DNA of 64,000 nt from an uncultured Methanosarcinales archaeon (GTDB taxonomy: Archaea > Nanobdellota > Nanobdellia > Woesearchaeales > DSVV01). Under the pieces are notes generated by a model. That model saw nothing but the letters and a program-made list of their open reading frames with translations, did not search any database and was not told the DNA's origin. The position numbers and the translations under genes were made by a program. Every line of letters begins with the position of its first letter. The stretch's first letter is position 1. Shown piece after piece: positions 38,791 through 47,812 of the stretch. The stretch is taken from the NCBI GenBank assembly GCA_964452935.1, contig CAYVNO010000003.1:18163-82162 (forward strand), given 5' to 3'.

Positions 38791-39360
38791 ATGGCCTTCA
38801 TACGTAAAAAAAAGATTAAAAAAAAAGAGTATGCTTACTTAGTAAAGAACAAATGGACTAAAGTAGGCACCAGACAAAAAGTGCTTGGATACCTGGGAAG
38901 AGTATATAAAATCGACAAAATCAACGACCCAGAATTCCATGAATTTCTACCCAAAACAAGCAAGCCAAAACAGCTAATTACAAACTTAATCAAGTGGGAA
39001 TTACATAAGCACGGATTCAAAGAAATCAGCAGACAAAACATAAACCTAAAGCAATACATGAAACCAAATACATCCTTATCTCCAACATATCAAAAGCTAT
39101 GGATCAAAGATAGGATTACAGCAATACCAGAAAGAGGGGAAATCTCAGTACGTTCTAGACCTTGTGTTTTACACATAAACGATAACCACATGTGTGAACG
39201 CACACTAAAAAAACTATTGAAATTCAAGTCAGACGGAGACCAGGAAGCAGTAGCAGTAGACCTAGCAGAGGCCTTTGTCACAGCAGGAATAAAAATCCCT
39301 CAAGAGAATTTCATAGAGTTATTCCAACAAATATTCAATAAAAAGGAGACTAGAATATGA
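38791..39360 (+). CDS. Hypothetical protein (basic N-terminus KKEYAYLVKNKWTKVGTRQKVLGYLGR)
   Basis: 189-aa ORF with a 4-nt overlap with the next gene. Confidence 0.45.
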   Translation: MAFIRKKKIKKKEYAYLVKNKWTKVGTRQKVLGYLGRVYKIDKINDPEFHEFLPKTSKPKQLITNLIKWELHKHGFKEISRQNINLKQYMKPNTSLSPTYQKLWIKDRITAIPERGEISVRSRPCVLHINDNHMCERTLKKLLKFKSDGDQEAVAVDLAEAFVTAGIKIPQENFIELFQQIFNKKETRI

Positions 39361-39839
39361 TAATCGCAGTAACAGGCACACCGGGAACAGGTAAGACAAC
39401 ACTCTCAAAAAAGCTAGCAAAAGCACTTAATTACACATATTTGGATGTAAATAAGGTAATAGGAGAACACAATCTAAAGGGAGAATACGACCGTTCAAAG
39501 AGGTGTTATATCATAGATATAGATAAGCTAAACAAAGTATTGATTCAGATGATAAAGCAAGCAAATAAAGAAAAAACAAGTATCATTATAGACTCCCATC
39601 TTTCCCATTATCTACCTAAAAAATACATAAACCAATGCATTGTAACAAAGACTGATCTAAAAATCCTAAAAAAGCGTCTAGAAAAAAGAGGATATAACCA
39701 AGCCAAAGTCAGAGAAAATCTAGACTCAGAAATCTTTGATATCTGCCTAAATGAGGCAAAAGAAAACAAACATAAGATTAAGATAGTAATACTAAACAAA
39801 CTCTCTGACACAACCAAATTCTTAGAAAAGTTTATATAA
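39357..39839 (+). CDS. Adenylate kinase-like NTPase (AK6/Fap7 family)
   Basis: Has the P-loop GTPGTGKTT at the N-terminus. Length is 160 aa, typical of the archaeal Fap7-like kinase. Confidence 0.7.
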   Translation: MIIAVTGTPGTGKTTLSKKLAKALNYTYLDVNKVIGEHNLKGEYDRSKRCYIIDIDKLNKVLIQMIKQANKEKTSIIIDSHLSHYLPKKYINQCIVTKTDLKILKKRLEKRGYNQAKVRENLDSEIFDICLNEAKENKHKIKIVILNKLSDTTKFLEKFI

Positions 39840-39863
39840 TTCTACTATTATTAATCCTTTGGG

Positions 39864-40694
39864 ATGGGGTTTTTTGACATATTCAAACCAAGATCAGAAG
39901 ATCAAGCTATAGCTAAATCTAAACTACATGAGTTAAACAGTAGACTAATGGAGTCATTCTCAGCCATAAAACAAGACATATCTCAACAAGCAGAATGGAT
40001 AGATTATCTTCATAAAAACACCCAAAATATACATAAAAAACACGATTCTCATAAATCTGAAGTAACAGTTAACCTAAATAAACTCAATAAATGGGTCAAA
40101 CATCTTCATTCTTCTTCAAAGAGCCAAACAGAGAATATTGAAGCTTTAGAGACTGCTATGCTCAGAGCATTCGAATTATACAATAAACATATACTAGACT
40201 TACATAAGAAGGTAGAGATGGTTCAGCCACAAGAGGTAGACACAGATAATCTAAAAAGAGAGGTTGTCGCACACATTAAACCACTTATGGAAGCACACCA
40301 AAACGATACTAAACATATACTAAGAAACCATCTAGAAAGACATACAGAGTCATTGATTACATCAAAAATAAAGGACTTCAAACCAAAGGAAGTTATACGT
40401 GAAAAACCAGTAATAACACCTTCTGAGCCTAAGATAGTACATCACTATTCTAACGCTCCATTGTCTAATCCAGAGAAAAAGCTCTTGACAATGCTGTTTA
40501 ATTCATCAGATCCTTTGTCTTATCAACAGGTATCTGACCAAACAGGGCATAGCGTTAACACTGTACGTGTTAATATGAATTTGCTAAAGAAGAAAAACCT
40601 AGTTGAAGAAAACACACTGCCCTCCGGAGTTAAATTATTCAATATTTCTAACAAAGAAAAGATCAAAAAGATGTACAATCTCCAAATGATCTAA
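39864..40694 (+). CDS. Coiled-coil protein with C-terminal winged-helix DNA-binding domain
   Basis: The C-terminus LSNPEKKLLTMLFNSSDPLSYQQVSDQTGHSVNTVRVNMNLLKKKNLV is MarR/wHTH-like. It lies directly upstream of the repeat-rich non-coding region. Confidence 0.55.
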   Translation: MGFFDIFKPRSEDQAIAKSKLHELNSRLMESFSAIKQDISQQAEWIDYLHKNTQNIHKKHDSHKSEVTVNLNKLNKWVKHLHSSSKSQTENIEALETAMLRAFELYNKHILDLHKKVEMVQPQEVDTDNLKREVVAHIKPLMEAHQNDTKHILRNHLERHTESLITSKIKDFKPKEVIREKPVITPSEPKIVHHYSNAPLSNPEKKLLTMLFNSSDPLSYQQVSDQTGHSVNTVRVNMNLLKKKNLVEENTLPSGVKLFNISNKEKIKKMYNLQMI

Positions 40695-40732
40695 CATCTT
40701 GTTCTTTGTTAAAATTCTATTTCATGGTGCAT

Positions 40733-40855
40733 ATGCATTATAATGCATTATAATGCCTCTACAGAGCTTCTACTGCAAGAATTCGCCATATGCATTGGTA
40801 ATATTCATAATGTTTCCAATGTTAGAATGCCAATGCATCCAATGCATTGCAATGC
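40733..40855. repeat. Perfect palindromes ATGCATTATAATGCAT (40733-40748) and GCATTGCAATGC (40844-40855) with flanking partial copies
   Basis: Read directly from the sequence. Related half-sites (AATGCAT, CATTGG, GCATTATAATGG) are scattered through 40733-41025. Confidence 0.7.
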
Positions 40856-41225
40856 CCTAATTACTGTTGTTTCTTTGAGGATCCGACACACACAATCTAT
40901 GTTTTCTCCATATTAACCCTCACTTCCACTTAAATTCGGCATTTTCAGCGCTTTTTGCCTATATTTCTAGGTATAATGCCTCACTTTCAATATACTTTAT
41001 TATTTTTACGCATTATAATGGCCATTAGCAAAAAATGCCTCAAAATAGACCCTCACTTTTGCCAAAAATAAGCTTATTTTTGGCAAATTTCCCTTAAATT
41101 GACCCTCACTTTTGTCCTATTTACACCTATTCAGCCTCTAAAATACACTATTTTCACACCTTTTACCATATTTACACTAAAAATACCTATATTTTTCGTA
41201 AAAATGTCCCTAAAAAAATCTGGTG

Positions 41226-41292
41226 CCCATTGCAATGCATTACAATGCCCATTGCAACGCATTACAATGCATTGCAACGCATTACAATGCCC
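41226..41292. repeat. Tandem repeat, three copies of CATTGCAA(T/C)GCATTACAATGC (period 20-22 nt)
   Basis: The sequence reads cccattgcaatgcattacaatg cccattgcaacgcattacaatg cattgcaacgcattacaatg ccc. Each unit contains the palindromic half-sites seen at 40733-40855. Confidence 0.8.
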
Positions 41293-41525
41293 AATTCAGC
41301 CTAAAAAATCAAGATTTATGCATAATCTCACCAAAATATACACTTCAAAAATCAAGAAAATCAGCCTCAAAAATAGATAAAATAATCCTCCAAAATCAGC
41401 TTCAAAATCCACAAAAAATCAGTTAGTGAGGGATGAAATCTAGTAAAAAATCCGTCAAATACTAAAAATCTCCAAAAAACACTCAAAAACACACCAAAAG
41501 TGAGGCTTTCCAGCGAATTAATTAC

Positions 41526-41572
41526 TTTGCGTCAGCAAATGTCTTATAATGTCGATCTTTAGTCGGCATTAT
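41526..41572. repeat. Two-hairpin module, copy 1
   Basis: TTTGC-GTCA-GCAAA, then ATAATGTCGA-tctttag-TCGGCATTAT (10-bp stem including a T-G pair). ATATATAT follows. Confidence 0.7.
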
Positions 41573-41638
41573 ATATATTTTCATACTTAGCTATATATAA
41601 AAATCTATATTTAACCCTCACTTTTACTTATTTTCATA

Positions 41639-41685
41639 CTTGACGCTAGTCAAGTTTAATAATGTCGATCTTTAGTCGGCCTTAT
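41639..41685. repeat. Two-hairpin module, copy 2
   Basis: CTTGAC-gcta-GTCAAG, then ATAATGTCGA-tctttag-TCGGCCTTAT. TTTATATATA follows. It lies 113 nt from copy 1. Confidence 0.7.
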
Positions 41686-42117
41686 TTATATATAAAATGA
41701 GTATTTCACACATAATTCTCTAAAAATGGGCTTATTTTGACGAAAAATCAGGTAAAAAATACCTATTTCTCACAATTGAATTACTTTCATACATAAAACA
41801 CCCCCTAAAAGTGAGGGATAATTCATAGAGTAAACAATCCACACATAGCATCAGATTATCCAGAAAATCACACTTAAAACTCACTTTTGCCCCAAAATAC
41901 ACTATTTTTCACTAAAAATCACCCAAAAATACACACTTCAGCATCAAAAAACACTATAATCACACTAAAAGTGAGGACTAAACCGCATATTCGCAACTAA
42001 ATCAGCAAAATATCACAATTTCCTATACTCAAAGCCAAAATTAGGCACTCGGAATTTCCCCTTATTTTGCCCATAAAAGAAGTGAGTTTTAGCACATTTT
42101 CATATATGAAATTGACT

Positions 42118-43257
42118 CTAACCCAACACTTCCCTCAAAGCATTAACTACTTCATCTATTTGTTCTTTTGTAATGACCAAAGGAGGCAAAAACCTTATCA
42201 CACTAACTCCTGCAATATTTGCCATCACTCCTCTTTCCATGAGTGCTTTCAAATACTTACTTGGTTTTTCTTTTAATTCAACCCCAATCATTAAACCTTC
42301 TCCCCTTACATCTCTTATTTTATCTGAATCAATCTTTCTCAACTCTTGGATAAAATATTCTCCCATCTCATTAACATGTTCAAGAATATTCTTATCTCTA
42401 ATAAAATCAATCGCTGCAGATGAAGCAGCACATGCAACTGGATTCCCACCAAAAGTTGAGCCATGTAACATTTTTGGAATCTCAACATTCATTGCAACAG
42501 CACCCATTGGAATTCCTCCAGCCATAGACTTTGCCATTGTTATCATATCAGGAACAACCACACCGTCAGAAGCAAAAAACCTTCCAGTTCTACCAAAACC
42601 TGTTTGAACCTCATCGATTATTAGCATAACTCCTTTTTCATCACATAACTCTCTAACCTGTCTGAAATACTCATGATCACCAATAATAATTCCACCTTCG
42701 CCTTGAATAATCTCAAGAATAACTGCAGCAGTATTTTCATCTACATTCTCTTTCAAATCATTTATATCATTATAATTCACAAACTTGAAACCAGGAACTA
42801 GCGGTTCAAACGGCTGTCTATACTTCAACTTATGCGTCGCACTCAACGCTCCCATTGTTCTTCCATGAAATCCTCTTTTAGCAGAAACTATCCCACTCCG
42901 ACCAGTCAAAACTCTAGCAAACTTTATTGCAGCCTCATTTGCTTCTGCGCCAGAATTACAAAGGAAAAATCTACTAAATGAACTAACTTCAGCTAACCTC
43001 TCCAATAATTCAGCCCTTGCGTCATTATAAAAAATCTCAATACAAGTTATTAACTTTCCACACTGTTCTCTAACAGCATTAACAACATACTCATTACAAT
43101 GCCCTAAATTAACACTACCAATTCCTCCAACACAATCAATATATCTTCTTCCCTCTGAATCATAAATATACACTCCTTCCCCACGAACTATAGCTACCTC
43201 TCTTTTAGGGTATACTCCTGAGGTAAATCCTCTCTCAATCTCAATCATATTTCTCAT
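42118..43257 (-). CDS. lysJ: Class III aminotransferase, LysW-gamma-L-lysine / acetylornithine aminotransferase (LysJ/ArgD)
   Basis: Has LIIDEVQTGFGRTG, and the PLP lysine region MAKSMAGG. Length is 379 aa. Operon context supports the call. Confidence 0.9.
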   Translation of the reverse strand: MRNMIEIERGFTSGVYPKREVAIVRGEGVYIYDSEGRRYIDCVGGIGSVNLGHCNEYVVNAVREQCGKLITCIEIFYNDARAELLERLAEVSSFSRFFLCNSGAEANEAAIKFARVLTGRSGIVSAKRGFHGRTMGALSATHKLKYRQPFEPLVPGFKFVNYNDINDLKENVDENTAAVILEIIQGEGGIIIGDHEYFRQVRELCDEKGVMLIIDEVQTGFGRTGRFFASDGVVVPDMITMAKSMAGGIPMGAVAMNVEIPKMLHGSTFGGNPVACAASSAAIDFIRDKNILEHVNEMGEYFIQELRKIDSDKIRDVRGEGLMIGVELKEKPSKYLKALMERGVMANIAGVSVIRFLPPLVITKEQIDEVVNALREVLG

Positions 43258-44045
43258 TCTATTATTGTCCTCTCACCATTCAAAGCATTTGTAACAGGAT
43301 TCTCGACATTAGCTGAAGCAAAAATAACTCTACTAACACCATTTTGCAAAGCTTCTTGAGCAGCCATTATCTTTTTCTTCATCGTACCTTTTGCATACTG
43401 CACATACTCACCTAAGTCAGCCTTACCAATCTCACGAATCAAACTAGTCTCATCATTCACATCTCTCAACAACCCAGGAACATTTGAAAATAATATCAAC
43501 GTATCGCCATCAATAGACGAAGCAATCAGCGCTGCCATTCGATCTCCATCAATATTTATCGGTTCATTATTATAACTAATTCCAGGAGGAGTAATCACAG
43601 GTACTAAACCATTATCTAACAAACTTCTAATCAAATCAACATTAACTTTTTCAGGCTTTCCAGTATATTGGTCTCTTAATAATTTCTTTTTACCATTCTC
43701 AACTATCCTCAACACATCTTTCCTTCTCCCTTCAACCAACCTTCCATCCATTCCAGATAACCCAATAGCATTAACACCTAAATTCTGCATTTTCTCAACA
43801 ATCATCTTATTCATTCTTCCACAATAAGTCATCTGAAATAAATCCATAGTCTCTCTATCAGTATACCTGCTAGTATGTCCACTAACAGATGTAACCCATC
43901 TAACCTCTCTATTCATCTCTTCGCAAATCCTCTTTAACTCATCCTTTCCACCATGCACTAAAATAAAATTCTCCTGTCTAACTAAATCTTGTAAAAGATT
44001 ATCATAATCAATTCCTGCTGCTCCACCAACTTTAACAACTAACAT
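43254..44045 (-). CDS. lysZ: Amino-acid kinase, LysW-aminoadipate/glutamate kinase (LysZ/ArgB)
   Basis: Has the AAK-family start MLVVKVGGA and LVHGG. Length is 263 aa. Confidence 0.85.
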   Translation of the reverse strand: MLVVKVGGAAGIDYDNLLQDLVRQENFILVHGGKDELKRICEEMNREVRWVTSVSGHTSRYTDRETMDLFQMTYCGRMNKMIVEKMQNLGVNAIGLSGMDGRLVEGRRKDVLRIVENGKKKLLRDQYTGKPEKVNVDLIRSLLDNGLVPVITPPGISYNNEPINIDGDRMAALIASSIDGDTLILFSNVPGLLRDVNDETSLIREIGKADLGEYVQYAKGTMKKKIMAAQEALQNGVSRVIFASANVENPVTNALNGERTIIE

Positions 44046-44656
44046 TCTATCAACTCTCCATTATTCATAATCTCCGGAGTCAAATCCAAAAACGGCTCTG
44101 AACAAACTACTTCACCATACCTAATCTGGAAAAAATCCTCTTCCTCTGAATACCTACAATAAACATAAGTTTTCTCTTTATTTGATATCATTAAATTAAA
44201 TGCTCTGATGTACCTAACATTATCTTGAACATAATCAATAGCTTCTCTAACCCCTTCATCAAAACCCAATCTATCAATATGGTCCAAAAACACATTAAAC
44301 AACTTATGTGCTCCTGTTTCTCCCTCAGCACTAATCCTAACTCCTTTCAACCTTCCGTTAAAGGCAAAAGCATACTCCTCCCTAACAAAAGGCATATTAT
44401 TCTCAGCATTAATAGTATGCAACCTAAGTGCATCTCTAACATGTGCAATAATCACTCTCGAACTAACCTCAGGTATCTCATCTTCCCACATTGGTTTAAC
44501 ACTTCTATGAAGTTTCCATGTATCACCATCCAAATAACAAAAACCCCACCCATCTCTCTGATTGTGTCTTGCATTCTTTGCTATTCTTGAAAATTCCTCT
44601 AAATAACTCACAACATTAAACTCTTCCTTCTTCCTAACAAACAACATTCTGCACAT
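44039..44656 (-). CDS. Class II (Ntn) glutamine amidotransferase-like protein, YafJ/EgtC-type
   Basis: With the start at ATG 44656 the protein begins MC (N-terminal nucleophile Cys). It has DGWGF, AHVRDA...NNMPF and FAFNG motifs. It is translationally coupled on both sides inside the lysW operon. Confidence 0.7.
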   Translation of the reverse strand: MCRMLFVRKKEEFNVVSYLEEFSRIAKNARHNQRDGWGFCYLDGDTWKLHRSVKPMWEDEIPEVSSRVIIAHVRDALRLHTINAENNMPFVREEYAFAFNGRLKGVRISAEGETGAHKLFNVFLDHIDRLGFDEGVREAIDYVQDNVRYIRAFNLMISNKEKTYVYCRYSEEEDFFQIRYGEVVCSEPFLDLTPEIMNNGELIEC

Positions 44657-44658
44657 TT

Positions 44659-45687
44659 TCACACCGGATGTAAACCACTAAATTCTAACCCTCCTTTCTC
44701 ATCAAAACCACACATTAGATTCATACATTGAACAGCACTTCCTGCTGCGCCTTTCATAAGGTTGTCAATTGCACAAATAACAACTAACCTATTACTATTC
44801 TCATCTCTTTCAAACCCAATATCGCAGTAATTCGAACCAGCTAATATTTTTGGTTCAGGATATCGATAAACACCTGAAACATCTTTTACTATTCTAATAA
44901 ACGGTTCACTACCATACGCTTCCCTGTAAATCTTTCTTATCTCAAGTTCACTCAAATCCCGATTCAAAAAAACATGTGATGTAGATAAGATTCCTCTAAC
45001 CATTTCAATAGATGTTGCTGAAAAATGAATTCTATCTCTATCAACACCTAACTCTTGCACCATTTCTGCAACATGCCTATGAAATGTTGGAGCAAAAGAT
45101 CTTACAGCTCTGCTTCTTTCAGGATGATGACTTCCCAAATTTGCTTTATTACCAGCTTCTGATGATCCAACTTTTACTTCTACAACAACCTTATCAACAA
45201 CACCAGCTTTAAACAACGGATACAAAGGTAGATTAACAGATGTTGCATTACAACCAACTCCTGAAATATAATTTGCATTCCTAATATCTTCTCTATGCAA
45301 TTCTGGAAGACCATAAACAAATTCACTCAACATCTCAGCACATCCATGCTCTTCTCCATACCACTCCTTATACAAACTAGAATCATTCAACCTAAAGTCT
45401 GCACTCAAATCAATAATTTTTGGAGCAATCTCTCTAAATCTGGAAATATTTTCCTGAGCTTTTCCATGAGGCATTGCTAAAAACAACAAATCACATGGCT
45501 CTAAGTCATTTACACTACAAAACTTCAACATAGTTTGTCCTCTTAAATTAGGATGAATCCTAAAAACAAACTTTCCAGTATTACTTTCTGAAGTAACTTG
45601 TGCAACCTCTATTTGATTATGTCCTAACAATATCCTCAACAACTCTCCTCCGCCATATCCTGACGCTCCAACAATACTAACTTTCAT
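44659..45687 (-). CDS. lysY: LysW-aminoadipyl/glutamyl-phosphate reductase (LysY/ArgC)
   Basis: Has N-terminal [16 protein letters not shown] and the active-site region GVGCNATS. Length is 342 aa. Confidence 0.9.
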   Translation of the reverse strand: MKVSIVGASGYGGGELLRILLGHNQIEVAQVTSESNTGKFVFRIHPNLRGQTMLKFCSVNDLEPCDLLFLAMPHGKAQENISRFREIAPKIIDLSADFRLNDSSLYKEWYGEEHGCAEMLSEFVYGLPELHREDIRNANYISGVGCNATSVNLPLYPLFKAGVVDKVVVEVKVGSSEAGNKANLGSHHPERSRAVRSFAPTFHRHVAEMVQELGVDRDRIHFSATSIEMVRGILSTSHVFLNRDLSELEIRKIYREAYGSEPFIRIVKDVSGVYRYPEPKILAGSNYCDIGFERDENSNRLVVICAIDNLMKGAAGSAVQCMNLMCGFDEKGGLEFSGLHPV

Positions 45688-46525
45688 TTTCAGCCACCTT
45701 TAAAACATAATCAACAATCTTTGCAGGGATATTAACTCCTGTTGTTTCTATGCTGTTCCTAAACTCCATTGTGTAATTAACCTCATTAACTAAATATCCT
45801 CCATCAACTTCAAACAGATCAATCGCAACAACTCCTCCACCTACAGCCTTAGCCGCATTTACAGATATTTCTGCAATTTCCGGAGTTACAACACAATTCT
45901 CTGCCTTTCCTCCTCTCGAAGTATTTGTAATCCAATGTTCTGACGATCTATAAATCGCAGCAACACATTCACCACCAATAACAAAACTTCTTATATCTCT
46001 TTTTTGAGGTTTATCAACATACTCTTGAATATAAAATATTGAATGATGATAACTTCCTAAGATCTGCTTATGTTCTAAAATACTTTCAGCAGTCTCTCTA
46101 TCATTAACTTTTGAAATCAATCTCCCCCAAGAACCAACTGCAGGCTTTAAAACACAAGGATAACCTAACTTTTCCATCGCCTCTAAAGCTGACTCTGGTG
46201 TAAAAGCTATAAAACATCTTGGTGTCGGAATATTATTTCTAATCAAAGCTTGCGTTGTTAGGAATTTACTCCCACATGTCTCTGCAACATTATAATTATT
46301 CACAGTTTTTATCCCTTTGTCATTAAAGATTTTCAACGCATGCAAAGCTCTTGCATGATTAACACATCTTTCTAACACAACATCTACACCATTCTCTAGT
46401 TCATGCAAATCAAATGATAGTTTTCTATCATCTAAGTCCACAATCTCAACATCTCTTCTCCTTAACTCTTCTAACAAAAGTTTTTCTTCTTTCCTAACAA
46501 TCGATCTCAAAAATCCAACTCTCAT
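45677..46525 (-). CDS. lysX: ATP-grasp ligase LysX/ArgX (RimK family)
   Basis: Has the ATP-grasp fold ([20 protein letters not shown]). ATG 46525 forms an ATGA overlap with the lysW stop; the ORF track uses a TTG at 46534. Confidence 0.85.
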   Translation of the reverse strand: MRVGFLRSIVRKEEKLLLEELRRRDVEIVDLDDRKLSFDLHELENGVDVVLERCVNHARALHALKIFNDKGIKTVNNYNVAETCGSKFLTTQALIRNNIPTPRCFIAFTPESALEAMEKLGYPCVLKPAVGSWGRLISKVNDRETAESILEHKQILGSYHHSIFYIQEYVDKPQKRDIRSFVIGGECVAAIYRSSEHWITNTSRGGKAENCVVTPEIAEISVNAAKAVGGGVVAIDLFEVDGGYLVNEVNYTMEFRNSIETTGVNIPAKIVDYVLKVAENES

Positions 46526-46686
46526 TCTCCCCAATCCTCTTCCTCTTGCGGAGCTAACTGAAACGCAATAGGATCAACATTAGTAATCTCTAACTCAACC
46601 CCGCACTCAGGACACTCAATTAACTCTCCATTTTCTACACTCTCTCCTAGCGGAACATCTGCCCCACATTCTGTACATTCTGCCAT
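46522..46686 (-). CDS. lysW: Amino-group carrier protein LysW
   Basis: My own translation gives [54 protein letters not shown], 54 aa. It has a CxxC...CxxC zinc ribbon and the diagnostic acidic C-terminal EDWGE. It is below the ORF-track cutoff. Confidence 0.85.
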   Translation of the reverse strand: MAECTECGADVPLGESVENGELIECPECGVELEITNVDPIAFQLAPQEEEDWGE

Positions 46687-46708
46687 ATTTACCACCTTCG
46701 CCTATTTT

Positions 46709-46811
46709 AGCACTACTGCCAAGACCGGCCTTGAAATCAATGCGAACAACGACGGTTCAACTCGGTTTCGGCTTCGAAACACCGAATCGAGCAATCGGTC
46801 GCAGTAGTGCT
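46709..46811. other. Long-helix-closed intergenic element E4 immediately upstream of lysW
   Basis: AGCACTACTGC (46709-46719) pairs with GCAGTAGTGCT (46801-46811). Inner stems are GACCG/CGGTC, a CTCG..TTCGG/CCGAA..CGAG hairpin and a TTGAA/TTCAA hairpin. Confidence 0.35.
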
Positions 46812-46873
46812 AATTATATATAGAAGTAGTAACAATTCATCAGATATAAACATTATGTTATTATAATAACAAA

Positions 46874-47812
46874 TTACTCTAAGATCTCAACAGAATCAAT
46901 ATGTCCATCTCCATCTAAATCAAAGCCTTGCACAACAGAAACAAAACTCTTCTGTCCTGAATATCTAACTAATATTTCTTTATAATGTCTAGTCAACCCA
47001 ATCACTGCAGCCTTTGTACCAAGAGAACTAATTCCAGCTAAAAATAAAACACTCTTTGATTTATCTAACGGATTAGGAATCTTTGCAATCATTCCAACAC
47101 TTTCATCATTATACCGGCCTTTTTTAGAAACCAACTCCCAAGGTTGAGTATCACTGAACTTAACAGGTAAATGTTCATTCAAAGAATCAGAAATTAAATT
47201 AGTAACAGGCCCACCAACAACAACTAAATTTTCTTTCTCAATACCTCTTGATTTCAAGTCAACATCCAATGAAACAGAAAAGTTCTCAGGCACAGCACAG
47301 ATCTTTCCAAAAAACAACGCCAAATCAATAGTATAATGTCCATCTCTAGCTCTTGCTTTCTGTGGTCCATGAGGATCAGGACTTCCGACGACAAAATAAC
47401 CACTAAATCTTCCATCAGAAACAAAATCAGATAAAAAATCCCTCAACTCTGAATCAATTTTCTTGCCAAACAGTTCTCCAGCATTTTTCCAGTTTTTTTC
47501 CAACGCAACAACGAAATTAAGATTTTTAGGCCTAAACTTCTTCGCTACTGTTCCTCTTATTTCTTTCTTCTCAACTATATCTAAAATTCCTGCATTATTC
47601 AACTGTTTGATGTGATAATATACTTTTTGTTCATGCATCTTTAATTTCTTAGCAATCTCAGCAGGATACAACGGTTCTTTAGACAAAAGTTTCAATATCT
47701 TAACTCTAATCTCATTATTAACTAACTCAATACTCCCAGGATTATCTAGCATAGTTGCATCATTATACACTAACCCTTTCTCACTCTCCTTCAAAATATA
47801 CACTTTTGCCAT
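46874..47812 (-). CDS. ArsR-type winged-helix protein with uncharacterised C-terminal domain
   Basis: Has VKILKLLSKEPLYPAEIAKKLKMHEQKVYYHIKQLNNAGIL, followed by a C-terminal domain of about 200 aa. Confidence 0.6.
   Translation of the reverse strand: MAKVYILKESEKGLVYNDATMLDNPGSIELVNNEIRVKILKLLSKEPLYPAEIAKKLKMHEQKVYYHIKQLNNAGILDIVEKKEIRGTVAKKFRPKNLNFVVALEKNWKNAGELFGKKIDSELRDFLSDFVSDGRFSGYFVVGSPDPHGPQKARARDGHYTIDLALFFGKICAVPENFSVSLDVDLKSRGIEKENLVVVGGPVTNLISDSLNEHLPVKFSDTQPWELVSKKGRYNDESVGMIAKIPNPLDKSKSVLFLAGISSLGTKAAVIGLTRHYKEILVRYSGQKSFVSVVQGFDLDGDGHIDSVEILE

Larger units (their letters stand above)
40917..42086. repeat. Dispersed motif CCCTCACTTTTG / CAAAAGTGAGGG in both orientations
   Basis: Forward copies start near 40917, 40979, 41050, 41103, 41615 and 41880. 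Inverted copies start near 41425, 41495, 41807, 41967 and 42077. All were read by eye and some are degenerate. Confidence 0.7.

Noticed and set aside
41099-41426. ORFs 41099-41380 and 41223-41426 (+)
   Set aside because: They lie in the repeat region. Their translations are driven by the tandem GCATTACAATGC repeats and low-complexity C/A-rich sequence, and no ribosome-binding site or homolog-like features are present.
40695-42117. CRISPR array
   Set aside because: The repeats are short (10-22 nt), occur in both orientations, have irregular spacing and do not alternate with unique spacers. No cas genes are nearby.
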